Part shown: positions 27,672-36,274 of the stretch, in pieces | Layout: every line of letters starts with the position of its first letter | Numbering within the stretch: position 1 is the stretch's first letter | DNA from: Thermoanaerobaculia bacterium | GTDB taxonomy: Bacteria; Acidobacteriota; Thermoanaerobaculia; Multivoradales; Multivoraceae | DNA: 64,000 bases | Reading direction: 5' to 3' | Assembly (NCBI GenBank): GCA_963664405.1 | Contig: OY761158.1 | Location: 2,016,001 to 2,080,000 of the forward strand | The notes under the pieces: model-generated | Database searches by the model: none | Told to the model about the DNA's origin: nothing | The model's input: the letters and a program-made list of their open reading frames with translations, nothing else | Program-made: the position numbers and the translations under genes

Positions 27672-29597
27672 ATGAGATGCACAATGACATTGGTGCTAGG
27701 AGCACTTCTGTTCGCTGGCTGCGGCGCGGGGGACGGACCGACAGCGGAAGCTCCCGCACCGGGATCCGGTTCGGAATCGACGATGCCGCCACCCAATCCG
27801 AACCGCAACGCCTACTTCGGCGATATCCACGTCCACACCAAGAACTCCTTCGACGCCTTCGCCTTCGGCACTACCACCGACGCGAACGCCGCCTATGAGT
27901 TCGCCAAAGGCACAGCCATCCAGCATCCCGGTGGATTCGAGATGAAGCTCGACCGGCCACTCGACTTCCAGATGGTGGCCGATCACGGCATGTATCTCGG
28001 CATGATGCCGGCAATGACCGATCCCGACTCGCCGGCCTACCATCACCCCGAAGCCGAAGCGGTTCGCAGGGGCGGAGACGCGGAGCAACGGCGGGCGAAC
28101 TTCCTCGGCATGTTCCCCTACCTCATGGGAGAACCGGGAACCGAGGAGCATCTCAACATGGATATCGTCCGCGGCGCCTGGCAGGAGGACATCGAGGCTG
28201 CCGAGCGGCACAACGATCCGGGCACGTTCACCGCTCTGATCGGCTATGAATACACTTCAACGGGCGGGGACGTGGACAATCTGCATCGCAACGTGATCTT
28301 TCGAGGCTCCGCTGCTCCGCCGGCACCCTTCACCCAGCTCGACTCCTATAACCCCGAAGATCTCTGGGCAACCATGGATCAGTGGCGGGCCCAGGGCATC
28401 GACTCGCTCGCGGTCCCCCACAACTCGAACGGCTCCGGCGGTCGGATGTTCGAGCGCGAGTATTTTGACGGTAGCGCCATCGACATTGCCTATGCCGAGC
28501 TGCGGATGCGCAATGAGCCGGTCGTCGAGGCCACACAGGTCAAGGGGACCTCCGAGACCCATCCGGCACTCTCGCCCAATGACGAGTGGGCCGATTTCGA
28601 GATCATGCCCTACAAGATCGCGACCACGATCATCAGTCAGCCCGAGGGCAGCTACGTGCGCGACGCCTATCGCCGCGGTCTCGAGATCGAGGACGGCGGT
28701 GTCACAAACCCCTATAAGTTCGGTCTCATCGGTTCGAGTGATACCCACGTCTCCGGCGGCGCTTTCAGCGAAGACAACTATTGGTCGAAGGCCGGTCTCC
28801 TCGACTCGACACCGCAGAGGCGCGGCTCGGTGCCGGGAACCGGGGTCACTGCGACAGCACAAGATGCATCGCTGCAATCCGACTCTTCGATGCGTACCAG
28901 TGACGGCTCCGGTCGCACCTACCGCGACACCTACTACTACACCTGGGGCGCGTCGGGGCTCGCCGGCGTGTGGGCCGAGGAGAATACGCGCGAGGCGATC
29001 TTCCAGGCCTTCCGGCGCAAGGAGACTTTCGCCACTTCGGGACCGCGCATTCGGGTACGTTTCTTCGCTGGACAGGGACTCACGAGTGAGAGTCTGGAGG
29101 ACTCGGACTTCCTCACCAAGGCCTATGCGGGAGGCGTGCCGATGGGCGGAGATCTCTCCGCCTCGGACGTGGGCTCGGCGCCCACCTTCGCCACCTGGGC
29201 TCTGCGAGATCCCCTCGCTGCAGCGCTCGACCGGGTGCAGATCGTCAAAGGTTGGTCGGACAACGGCAAGAGCGACGAGCGGGTCTACGACGTAGCGTGC
29301 TCGGACGGCGCCAGCGTCGACCCCGCCACCCACCGCTGCCCGGACAACGGCGCCAGCGTCGACCTCAGTAACTGCCAGGTCAGCGCGGACTCGGGCGCGG
29401 ACGAGCTCAAGGCGGTGTGGACCGACCCGGATTTCGATGCGAGTCAGCGCGCCTTCTACTATGTGCGGGTGCTCGAGAACCCGACCTGCCGCTGGTCAAC
29501 CTGGGATGCGATCCGCGAAGGCGTCGAGCCGCGACAGGATGTGTCGGCAGCCATCAAGGAGCGCGCCTGGTCCTCGCCCATCTGGTTCACACCCTGA
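27672..29597 (+). CDS. DUF3604 family lipoprotein (copy 3, tandem duplicate)
   Basis: Lipobox LFAGC; same motifs as copy 2; ATG 27672 after GGAGG. Confidence 0.9.
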   Translation: MRCTMTLVLGALLFAGCGAGDGPTAEAPAPGSGSESTMPPPNPNRNAYFGDIHVHTKNSFDAFAFGTTTDANAAYEFAKGTAIQHPGGFEMKLDRPLDFQMVADHGMYLGMMPAMTDPDSPAYHHPEAEAVRRGGDAEQRRANFLGMFPYLMGEPGTEEHLNMDIVRGAWQEDIEAAERHNDPGTFTALIGYEYTSTGGDVDNLHRNVIFRGSAAPPAPFTQLDSYNPEDLWATMDQWRAQGIDSLAVPHNSNGSGGRMFEREYFDGSAIDIAYAELRMRNEPVVEATQVKGTSETHPALSPNDEWADFEIMPYKIATTIISQPEGSYVRDAYRRGLEIEDGGVTNPYKFGLIGSSDTHVSGGAFSEDNYWSKAGLLDSTPQRRGSVPGTGVTATAQDASLQSDSSMRTSDGSGRTYRDTYYYTWGASGLAGVWAEENTREAIFQAFRRKETFATSGPRIRVRFFAGQGLTSESLEDSDFLTKAYAGGVPMGGDLSASDVGSAPTFATWALRDPLAAALDRVQIVKGWSDNGKSDERVYDVACSDGASVDPATHRCPDNGASVDLSNCQVSADSGADELKAVWTDPDFDASQRAFYYVRVLENPTCRWSTWDAIREGVEPRQDVSAAIKERAWSSPIWFTP

Positions 29598-29884
29598 TAC
29601 CGGGTCGCAGGCTCTCTTCCTGCGCCGACACGACAGTGGACAGTGCTACGGAGACTGGTCACCAGGAGTGACCTCCTGAAGTGGACGAGAGTGGCGCGAT
29701 TCACCATGGTCGATCTCCTTGCAAAGCCCTCGGCTGGTCGTCTGCGGAAATAACCAGTCCATAAGGTGCTCTTGATAGGGAGGGTTGCAGGCCGTCCTCA
29801 TCCCAGAAAGTGACGCCGGTCACACCCAGACAGCGAGGTCGGAACGCCTGGCGGTGACGGGCGAAGATATAGTTCCTATTCGCG

Positions 29885-30660
29885 ATGACTTGGCTGCCGG
29901 ATAGATTCGCCAGAACGGCCCTCGGGCTGTGTCTCGCCTGTCTCCCGGCTGGTGACGCGACCGCGCAGGAGCGGGCCGCCGAGCCGGAAGTCTTCGCGGA
30001 AACCATCGACGTCAGAGTCGTGAACGTCGATGTGGTGGTAACCGACAAGAACGGGAACCCGGTGAGCGGGCTTACAGTGGACGACTTCGAGCTGCGAGAA
30101 GACGGACGCCCGGTCACGATCGGCAACTTCTACGAGTATGTCGAGGGTCTCGAGGTCACCGAGTCCCAGCCCGACCCCACTCGGGAACAACAACCCCAAA
30201 AGTCGCCAAGAGGCGAGCCGGGCGCGGCGCCGAGCGAGGTTCCGTCAGATCAACGACTCAGCCTGATGGTCTACATCGACCAGTTCAACTTGACCCCGCA
30301 AGGTCGTAGCGCAGTCCTGCCCATTCTGCGAGACTTTCTGACCACGAAGCTCCGCCCCGGGGATCAGGTGATGCTGGCTACCTACGCCAACCGGTCCGCC
30401 GGTGGAGGTCGTCCGACCGTTCACTACCGACACCGCCGCGATCGCCGAGGCCACACTCGAGTTGGCGGAAGAGGTGACTGGGCGTACGAGGACCATGTCG
30501 GAACGGAGCAGAATCCTCCGCGAGCTCAACCGAACCGAGATCACCTACGACGAAGCCATCAGCCAGGTGATGGACTATGCCGACGGAGTCACCAGCGATC
30601 TCTACGCCTCGCTCGAAGGGATTCGCGAGGCGGTCACGATGATGGCACGGAGCCGAGGAT
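29885..30660 (+). pseudogene. Acidobacterial VWA-domain protein, frameshifted and truncated
   Basis: ETIDVRVVNVDVVVTDKNGNPVSGLTVDDFELREDG; the homologous continuation EVVRPFTTD is in another frame from ~30400, and the domain breaks off near 30650. Confidence 0.7.
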
Positions 30661-30708
30661 TATCTGGACATCGCCACTACCCACTACCGAGACTCGGAGC
30701 TGGACACC

Positions 30709-31020
30709 ATGGAGGCGGCGGTTCGCACGGCGTTGGCGCTGACGGACGACATCCGACTCCAAGCTCGTGCCTACGGGCTCCTGGGAGTCGCACTCGTCGA
30801 CAAGCCGGAGAGGACTGCGGAGGATCTGGACGAGGCAGAGCAAGCCTTCAGGCAAGTTATCGCTCTCGTTGGAGACGAGTCCCCCTCGCCGGCTCACTAC
30901 AGCCTTGCGAAAGTGCTCCAAGAGTCGGGTGAGGTTGCGGAGGCGGCGGCGCTCGCCAAAGTCATTTTCGAGGAGTCTCCAGAGGGGCCGCTCGAGCGCC
31001 CCAGCTACGAACAACGACCC
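30709..31020 (+). pseudogene. TPR-like protein fragment
   Basis: ARAYGLLGVAL...EAEQAFRQVIAL...AHYSLAKVLQESG helical repeats with no convincing start. Confidence 0.45.
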
Positions 31021-31079
31021 CTGGGAGGAGATGGTAACGTCCGTCACCCTAAGACGACCTTCACCGCCAAGGAGCCACC

Positions 31080-32153
31080 ATGCTCGATCGCTTCAAAGTT
31101 CCCGATGACATCGCCATCCGCGTGACCGCGGACGACATGCGCGCGACGGTCGAGAACCTCTTCAGGGCGCTCGGCATGCCGGAAGAGGACGCTGTTCAGG
31201 CAGCAGACGTCCTGATCTACGCCGACGTGAGGGGTATCGACTCGCACGGGGTCAGCAACATGACTCGCGCCTATGTGAAGGGCTTCGAGGGTGGCTACCT
31301 CAACCCGACGCCGAAGCGCACCATCACTCGGGACTCGGGCGCCACTTTCACGGTCGATTGCGACAAGGGTCTCGGCCTGGCGGTGGGGCCGCCGGTGATG
31401 GATCTGGCGATCGAGCGAGCCAAACAACACGGAGTAGGCGTTGCCGTCGCCGTCAATGCCGGCCACTACGGGCCTTCCGCATACCACGCCCACAGAGCGC
31501 TCGACCACGACATGATCGGCCTCTCCATGACCACCGGGGGCGTGCAGGTGGTGCCGACTCACGGCGCCGAGCCACTGTTGGGGCTCAACCCTCTCGGTAT
31601 CGCGGTGCCGGCCAATCAAGAGGTGCCCTTCCTTTTCGACGCCGCCATGAGCGGCGTTGCCGGCAACAAAATCCGTTTACTCGAGCGTGTGGGAGGTGAC
31701 GTTCTCCCCGGCTGGGTGAGCGAAGCGGACGGGTCACCGGTAATGGAGGAAGGCCCGGTCCCCGAGGACTTCATGATGCTGCCACTGGGCGGCACTCGAG
31801 AGATCGGCTCGCACAAGGGCTTCGGCCTGATGATGATGGTCGAGATCCTTACCTCCTTGCTCGGCGGCACCGGCGGCGGACCCTTCCGACGCGCCGGCTC
31901 AGCCCACTACTTCATGGCCTACAACGTCGAAGCCTTCACCGACCTCGAGAGCTTCAAGGCCGACATGGACGAGTATCTGAAGCGGCTGCGCGAATGCCGA
32001 CCGGCGCCCGGGAAGACTCGAGTCGTATATCCAGGCCAGCCCGAGCACGAGGCTCAACTGGAACGCGAAGAGCGGGGCATTCCCTACCATCCGGAGGTCA
32101 TCGAATGGTTCAAGGGTATCTGCGAGAAGTACAAGATCGGTCATCAGCTTTGA
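31080..32153 (+). CDS. Ldh_2 family oxidoreductase (malate/L-lactate/sulfolactate dehydrogenase, ComC family)
   Basis: ADVRGIDSHGV, GLNPLGIAVP, MLPLGG...SHKGFGL, VVYPG. Confidence 0.9.
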   Translation: MLDRFKVPDDIAIRVTADDMRATVENLFRALGMPEEDAVQAADVLIYADVRGIDSHGVSNMTRAYVKGFEGGYLNPTPKRTITRDSGATFTVDCDKGLGLAVGPPVMDLAIERAKQHGVGVAVAVNAGHYGPSAYHAHRALDHDMIGLSMTTGGVQVVPTHGAEPLLGLNPLGIAVPANQEVPFLFDAAMSGVAGNKIRLLERVGGDVLPGWVSEADGSPVMEEGPVPEDFMMLPLGGTREIGSHKGFGLMMMVEILTSLLGGTGGGPFRRAGSAHYFMAYNVEAFTDLESFKADMDEYLKRLRECRPAPGKTRVVYPGQPEHEAQLEREERGIPYHPEVIEWFKGICEKYKIGHQL

Positions 32154-32166
32154 GGGGAGTTAGAGC

Positions 32167-33804
32167 ATGAATGGTAACGAGTACATCGCCCGGATTCTGA
32201 AGGAAGAAGGGGTCGAGATCATGCCCTGCTTTCCCAATAACCCGCTGATCGAGGAAGCGGCAAAAGAAGGGATAAGGCCGGTTGCCTTCCGCCATGAGCG
32301 AGGCGCCATCATGGCGGCCGACGGGATCAGCAGAACGAGCGACCGGCAGCGCTTCGGAGTGGTGGCCATCCAGTCCCAGGCAGGGGCTGAGAACGCAATG
32401 GGCGGCATCTCCCAGGCCTACGCCGACAACATCCCGATCTTGGTCCTACCCGGCGGGGTGATGCTGAACCAGATCTCGGTCAAGCCGAATTTCTCCGCGG
32501 TCAGGAACTACTCTGGCATCGTCAAACAGGTCGAGGCCATCTATCGACCCAAAGACATCGGGAACGTCATGCGACGCGCGTTCCATGCGCTGCGCAACGG
32601 CGCGCCGGGTCCGGTCGTGGTCGAGCTGACGGCGGACGTCTGCGCTCAAGAGATCCCGGAAGAAGGACAGACCTACCGATCCCCTACGGCGATGCAACAG
32701 CAACCCTCGAACGGGGACATCAAAGACACCGCGACCGCGCTACTGGGCGCCGCAAAGCCGGTGCTCTGGGCAGGCCAGGGCGTCCTCTTTTCCGGAGCGA
32801 CTCAGGAGCTCGAGGAGCTCGCCGAGCTGACCGGCATCCCCGTTTTCTGCACCATGCCAGGAAAATCTGCCATGGACGAGCGTCACCCCCTATGCCTGGG
32901 GGCGGGGAGCGGTCTCACCACCATGGCGGCGGGAAAGTGGCTGACCGATTGTGACTTGATCCTCGCACTCGGGTCTTCTCTGACCCGTACTTTCTACGGG
33001 CAACGGATTCGTGGTCAGAAGGTACTGATACAAAACACCAACAACCCTGACGACATCAACAAGGACGAGTCGGTCGACATCGGATTGGTGGGTGACACCA
33101 AGCTCACCCTTCTCGCTCTGATCGATGAAATAAAATCGCGCCTCGGAGATCGTGGAGTCGGCGATGCGGACGAGACCAAAGTCGAGATCGCTGCCCTCAA
33201 GGCCGAGTGGTTGGAAGAATGGAAGCCGCTCCTCACCTCCGATGCTGAGCCGATCAACACCTACCGGGTCATTCACGAGATCGACCAAGTCCTCGATCGT
33301 GACAACAGCATCGTGACCCACGATGCCGGCGCGCCGCGAGACTCGATCGTGCCCTTCTACACCGCAACCACACCGCATAGTTATGTCGGCTGGGGGAAAA
33401 CCACCCATCTCGGCTTCGGCATCCCGCTGATGATCGGCGCCAAGATGGCAAACCCCGACCGTTTCTGTCTGAACTTCATGGGCGACGCGGCGTTCGGGAT
33501 GTCCGGCCTCGACCTCGAGACGGCTTCGAGGAGCGGATACGCGATCACGACTGTGCTGCTCAATAACGGCGGCATGGCGACCTACCCCGGCGGCTTCCCC
33601 AACGCCCGAGAGACCTACGGCGTTTCCCACATGCAGGGCGACTACGCGAAGATCGCTGAAGGCATGGGAGCGGTCGGGATCACAGTCAAGAAGGCCGCAG
33701 AGCTGGCCCCCGCCCTGGAACAGGCGAAGGGGCTCAACGCGGAGGGGCAGACCGTTCTGATCGATGTCCACTCAGACATGGAAGCGAAGAAATCACGCTA
33801 CTGA
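32167..33804 (+). CDS. ThDP-requiring enzyme (acetolactate-synthase-like family)
   Basis: RHERGAIMAADG, GKTTHLGFG, MGDAAFGMSG...LLNN; AGGGGAG RBS. Confidence 0.88.
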   Translation: MNGNEYIARILKEEGVEIMPCFPNNPLIEEAAKEGIRPVAFRHERGAIMAADGISRTSDRQRFGVVAIQSQAGAENAMGGISQAYADNIPILVLPGGVMLNQISVKPNFSAVRNYSGIVKQVEAIYRPKDIGNVMRRAFHALRNGAPGPVVVELTADVCAQEIPEEGQTYRSPTAMQQQPSNGDIKDTATALLGAAKPVLWAGQGVLFSGATQELEELAELTGIPVFCTMPGKSAMDERHPLCLGAGSGLTTMAAGKWLTDCDLILALGSSLTRTFYGQRIRGQKVLIQNTNNPDDINKDESVDIGLVGDTKLTLLALIDEIKSRLGDRGVGDADETKVEIAALKAEWLEEWKPLLTSDAEPINTYRVIHEIDQVLDRDNSIVTHDAGAPRDSIVPFYTATTPHSYVGWGKTTHLGFGIPLMIGAKMANPDRFCLNFMGDAAFGMSGLDLETASRSGYAITTVLLNNGGMATYPGGFPNARETYGVSHMQGDYAKIAEGMGAVGITVKKAAELAPALEQAKGLNAEGQTVLIDVHSDMEAKKSRY

Positions 33805-33805
33805 G

Positions 33806-33845
33806 CTAGGCTCCAGAAATGATGGCTATCATTTCCTCCGCCTAG
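33806..33845 (+). terminator. Possible terminator hairpin after the ThDP enzyme gene
   Basis: CTAGG-N5-GAAATGAT ggct ATCATTTC-N5-CCTAG starting just after the stop, followed by TTGCCTTTT. Confidence 0.4.
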
Positions 33846-33933
33846 TTGCCTTTTGGCGCCGAGGACGGCGCACTTCGGCTCTGCTTCCTATTCGCTCCGG
33901 GAAACGGCTCAGAACGAATACTCGGACACGCTC

Positions 33934-34130
33934 CTAGCCTGGATCATTCATGAAGCTCCTACTACGGTGCCGCAGCTGCCCGAATCTACTGCGTTGCGCT
34001 CTGACTGGGCGTCCCCGTCGCGCCCCTCGACGTATTGCCCAATACGCCTGCGGTGCTCTCGGTCGCGACGCCTTGTATCTTCGGGCATCTGCAGCACCTC
34101 GCTACGGACCTCATGAATAGTCCAGGCTAG
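33934..34130. repeat. MITE/REP-like palindromic element, family C
   Basis: Arms CTAGCCTGGATCATTCATGA / TCATGAATAGTCCAGGCTAG; core CCTCGACGTATTGCCCAATACGCCTGCG matches the family A core; right CTAG contains the YaiI-family stop codon. Confidence 0.85.
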
Positions 34131-34606
34131 GGGGTGGCGTCGGTCGAGCCGACAGGACTTTGCCGTCGGATCGATAGAATCGCTCCATCCAGCTGCTGGA
34201 GAAAGCGGGATCGATCGCGCTTACCCAGCGGTGGCGGGCCGCCCGTTCTCTCACCTCCGCTGCGAAGATCCGTCAACAGGTCCCGCGTGGCGACAGCATC
34301 ACCGATGCTGTCTTCAGTGAAGAGCCGTCCGTTCGGTCCGACGACACGAGTACCCAGCTTCAGGCAGCGGGCTGCGAGAGGAATGTCCGAGGTCACGACG
34401 ATGTCGTGACTATCAGCGTTCTCGACAATCCAGTCATCGGCCTCGTCGAGCCCCTGGCGGACGACCTCGAGTGAGATCCGCTGTCCCTCTGGAACCCGCA
34501 TCCAAGAGTTGGCGACGAGGGTCACACCAAGGCGGTGTCGGCGCGCGACACGAAAGATCTCCTCTTTGACTGGGCAGGCATCTGCATCGACGAAGATATG
34601 CAGCAA
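34127..34606 (-). CDS. YaiI/YqxD (UPF0178) family protein
   Basis: IFVDADACPVK, ADDWI, IVVTSDIPLA, GGPPP...DRSRF. Confidence 0.92.
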   Translation of the reverse strand: MLHIFVDADACPVKEEIFRVARRHRLGVTLVANSWMRVPEGQRISLEVVRQGLDEADDWIVENADSHDIVVTSDIPLAARCLKLGTRVVGPNGRLFTEDSIGDAVATRDLLTDLRSGGERTGGPPPLGKRDRSRFLQQLDGAILSIRRQSPVGSTDATP

Positions 34607-34621
34607 ATCAGGATACCCCCC

Positions 34622-35473
34622 CTACTCGAAGACTACCGTTTTGTTGCCGTAAACGAGAACTCGGTCTTCGAGATGCCAACGCACGGCCCGTGCGAGGACG
34701 CCGCGTTCGAGATCGCGGCCCTTCCGAATCAGGTCACGCACAGAGTCGCGATGTGAACAGCGCACCACGTCCTGCTCGACGATGGGTCCCTCGTCGAGAT
34801 CGCGAGTCGCGTAGTGCGCCGTCGCTCCAATCAGTTTCACCCCACGCTGGTAAGCCTGGCGGTAGGGTCTCCCGCCGCTAAAAGCCGGCAGAAAGGAGTG
34901 ATGGATATTGAGGACGCGCGAGGGATAGTGCTCGATGAAGTCGTCGCTGACGATCTGCATATACCGGGCAAGAACCACAAGATCGATGTTGAAGCTCGCC
35001 AAGAGCTCGAGAGCGCGCGCCTCCTGCTCCTGCTTGGTCTCTTTGGTGATCGGGATGTGGTGAAACGGGAGATCGAACTGCTCGGCAACCGGGCGAAGGG
35101 TGTCGTGGTTGCTCACGACGAGCGCAATCTCGCAGGGCAGCTCGCTGGATCGCTGACGCAGGATCAGGTCGTAGAGACAGTGGTCGACGTTCGAGACGAA
35201 GATGGCGACACGCTGTTGGCGCCCCTCATCGGCCAGCCGCCAACTCATCTCGAAGCGATCCGCGACCTCGGCGATGGCCTGCTCGAGAGAGGCGCGATCG
35301 GTGCGTAGAGCCGCTAGGTCGAAGCGGATGCGCTGAAAGAACATCCCGACCTCGAGGTCGGAGTGTTGGTCTGAATCGAGAATGTTCGCGCCGTGGCCGT
35401 ACAGAAGCTGGGCCAAGGTGGCGACGATGCCCTTTTGATCGGGACAGGAGACGAGAAGTGTGGCGTTTTCCAT
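34622..35473 (-). CDS. purU: Formyltetrahydrofolate deformylase
   Basis: ACT domain SCPDQKGIVA, VLARYMQI, NIHHSFLPAF, GVKLIGATAHY, DEGPIVEQ, GNKTVVF. Confidence 0.96.
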   Translation of the reverse strand: MENATLLVSCPDQKGIVATLAQLLYGHGANILDSDQHSDLEVGMFFQRIRFDLAALRTDRASLEQAIAEVADRFEMSWRLADEGRQQRVAIFVSNVDHCLYDLILRQRSSELPCEIALVVSNHDTLRPVAEQFDLPFHHIPITKETKQEQEARALELLASFNIDLVVLARYMQIVSDDFIEHYPSRVLNIHHSFLPAFSGGRPYRQAYQRGVKLIGATAHYATRDLDEGPIVEQDVVRCSHRDSVRDLIRKGRDLERGVLARAVRWHLEDRVLVYGNKTVVFE

Positions 35474-35487
35474 GGAGCTCCCGGCAA

Positions 35488-35547
35488 GGAGGTGCGCCGA
35501 ACGGGCATTCTCCTCCGGTGCCCCGGAAGAAGCAATGCCGCACCCCC
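35488..35547 (-). promoter_or_regulatory. Nested hairpin in the purU 5' leader
   Basis: On the mRNA strand: GGGGGUGCG/CGCACCUCC, GCAUU/AAUGC and UUCUUCCGG-GGCA-CCGGAGGAG; TATATT -10-like box at 35576-35571. Confidence 0.45.
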
Positions 35548-35767
35548 CGAGATACTTTTAGCTATATGACAATATACAGGGTCCGCATGTGGGGATTCGG
35601 ATCCCGCAACCCTAGGAGCGTGTCCGAGAATTCGGACAGGCGAGTAGTTCTTAGGGGGGGATGGGCCGGAAAGCGGGCCGGAGGCCCGTTTTCCGGGGCT
35701 AGCTCGGGCTACAACCCTGCGACTGAGGAGAAATTCGAGAGAGGCTCAGGAAGCACGAGGAAGAAGA

Positions 35768-36274
35768 GTGATGAAGGAGCTGCTGTCAGTTTTCCGACTC
35801 CTCGCCCTCCTTGCGGGCGGCACGATTCTCCTCGACGGCGGCCGCCCGCCTTCTTCGGCGCAGAGACCCCAGTCACGCCACGGCGGGACACGGGTTTCGG
35901 AGGCCCAAGAGCCTGTAGCTACAACCCCTGGCCGAACGGCTGCCTCGTCGGCGGGTCAGCAACAACTTCGGGTTTTCCTCGACCCGGTCACCGGTCAAAT
36001 CACCCGCCGGTCCGCAGCACCACTCAGTCTGTCAGCACAAGAGCGCCTGGCCCTGACTCGTTCTTCCGTGGGCCTACAGCCTCGAACCCTGCCCAACGGC
36101 GGCACAATTCTCGATCTAGAAGGGCGCTTCAGACATCTCCTCGTCTCCACTAGCAACGAGACCGAGAAGCTGTCGATAAATTGCGTCCACAGGGCAGAGC
36201 AGGCGGATGCCTGCCTCCAAGCCGGAGCCGGAGCGGCCAGAGCGAGCGGAGACGAGGAGCGCGATGTGCGATAG
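35768..36274 (+). CDS. Secreted hypothetical protein (post-PEP-CTERM-1-like domain)
   Basis: LRVFLDPVTGQI and GLQPRTLPNGGTILDLEGRF motifs; directly upstream of the PA peptidase. Confidence 0.65.
   Translation: MMKELLSVFRLLALLAGGTILLDGGRPPSSAQRPQSRHGGTRVSEAQEPVATTPGRTAASSAGQQQLRVFLDPVTGQITRRSAAPLSLSAQERLALTRSSVGLQPRTLPNGGTILDLEGRFRHLLVSTSNETEKLSINCVHRAEQADACLQAGAGAARASGDEERDVR

Larger units (their letters stand above)
25619..29597 (+). repeat. ~2.0 kb tandem duplication (DUF3604 gene plus ~55 bp upstream)
   Basis: Start codons 1996 bp apart; upstream AACGGGCGGTCCC(C)GTTT.CTGGTAGATT is repeated; 3' thirds nearly identical. Confidence 0.93.

Noticed and set aside
29700-29800. Minus-strand TATCAAGAG upstream of an RBS+ATG (29707), resembling a SAM-I riboswitch
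   Set aside because: No GAGGGA kink-turn or GCAACC motif follows, and the downstream ORF runs antisense into DUF3604; more likely a gene remnant.
35488-35548. CCGGAAGAAGCA in a long hairpin, resembling SRP (4.5S) RNA
   Set aside because: Lacks the CAGG...CCGGAAGGAAGCAG helix-8 pairing, is too short, and the wobble pattern favours the opposite strand.
35666-35696. Strong hairpin CCGGAAAGCGGGCC-GGA-GGCCCGTTTTCCGG as a terminator
   Set aside because: It lies between divergently transcribed genes with no gene ending nearby, so a role cannot be assigned.
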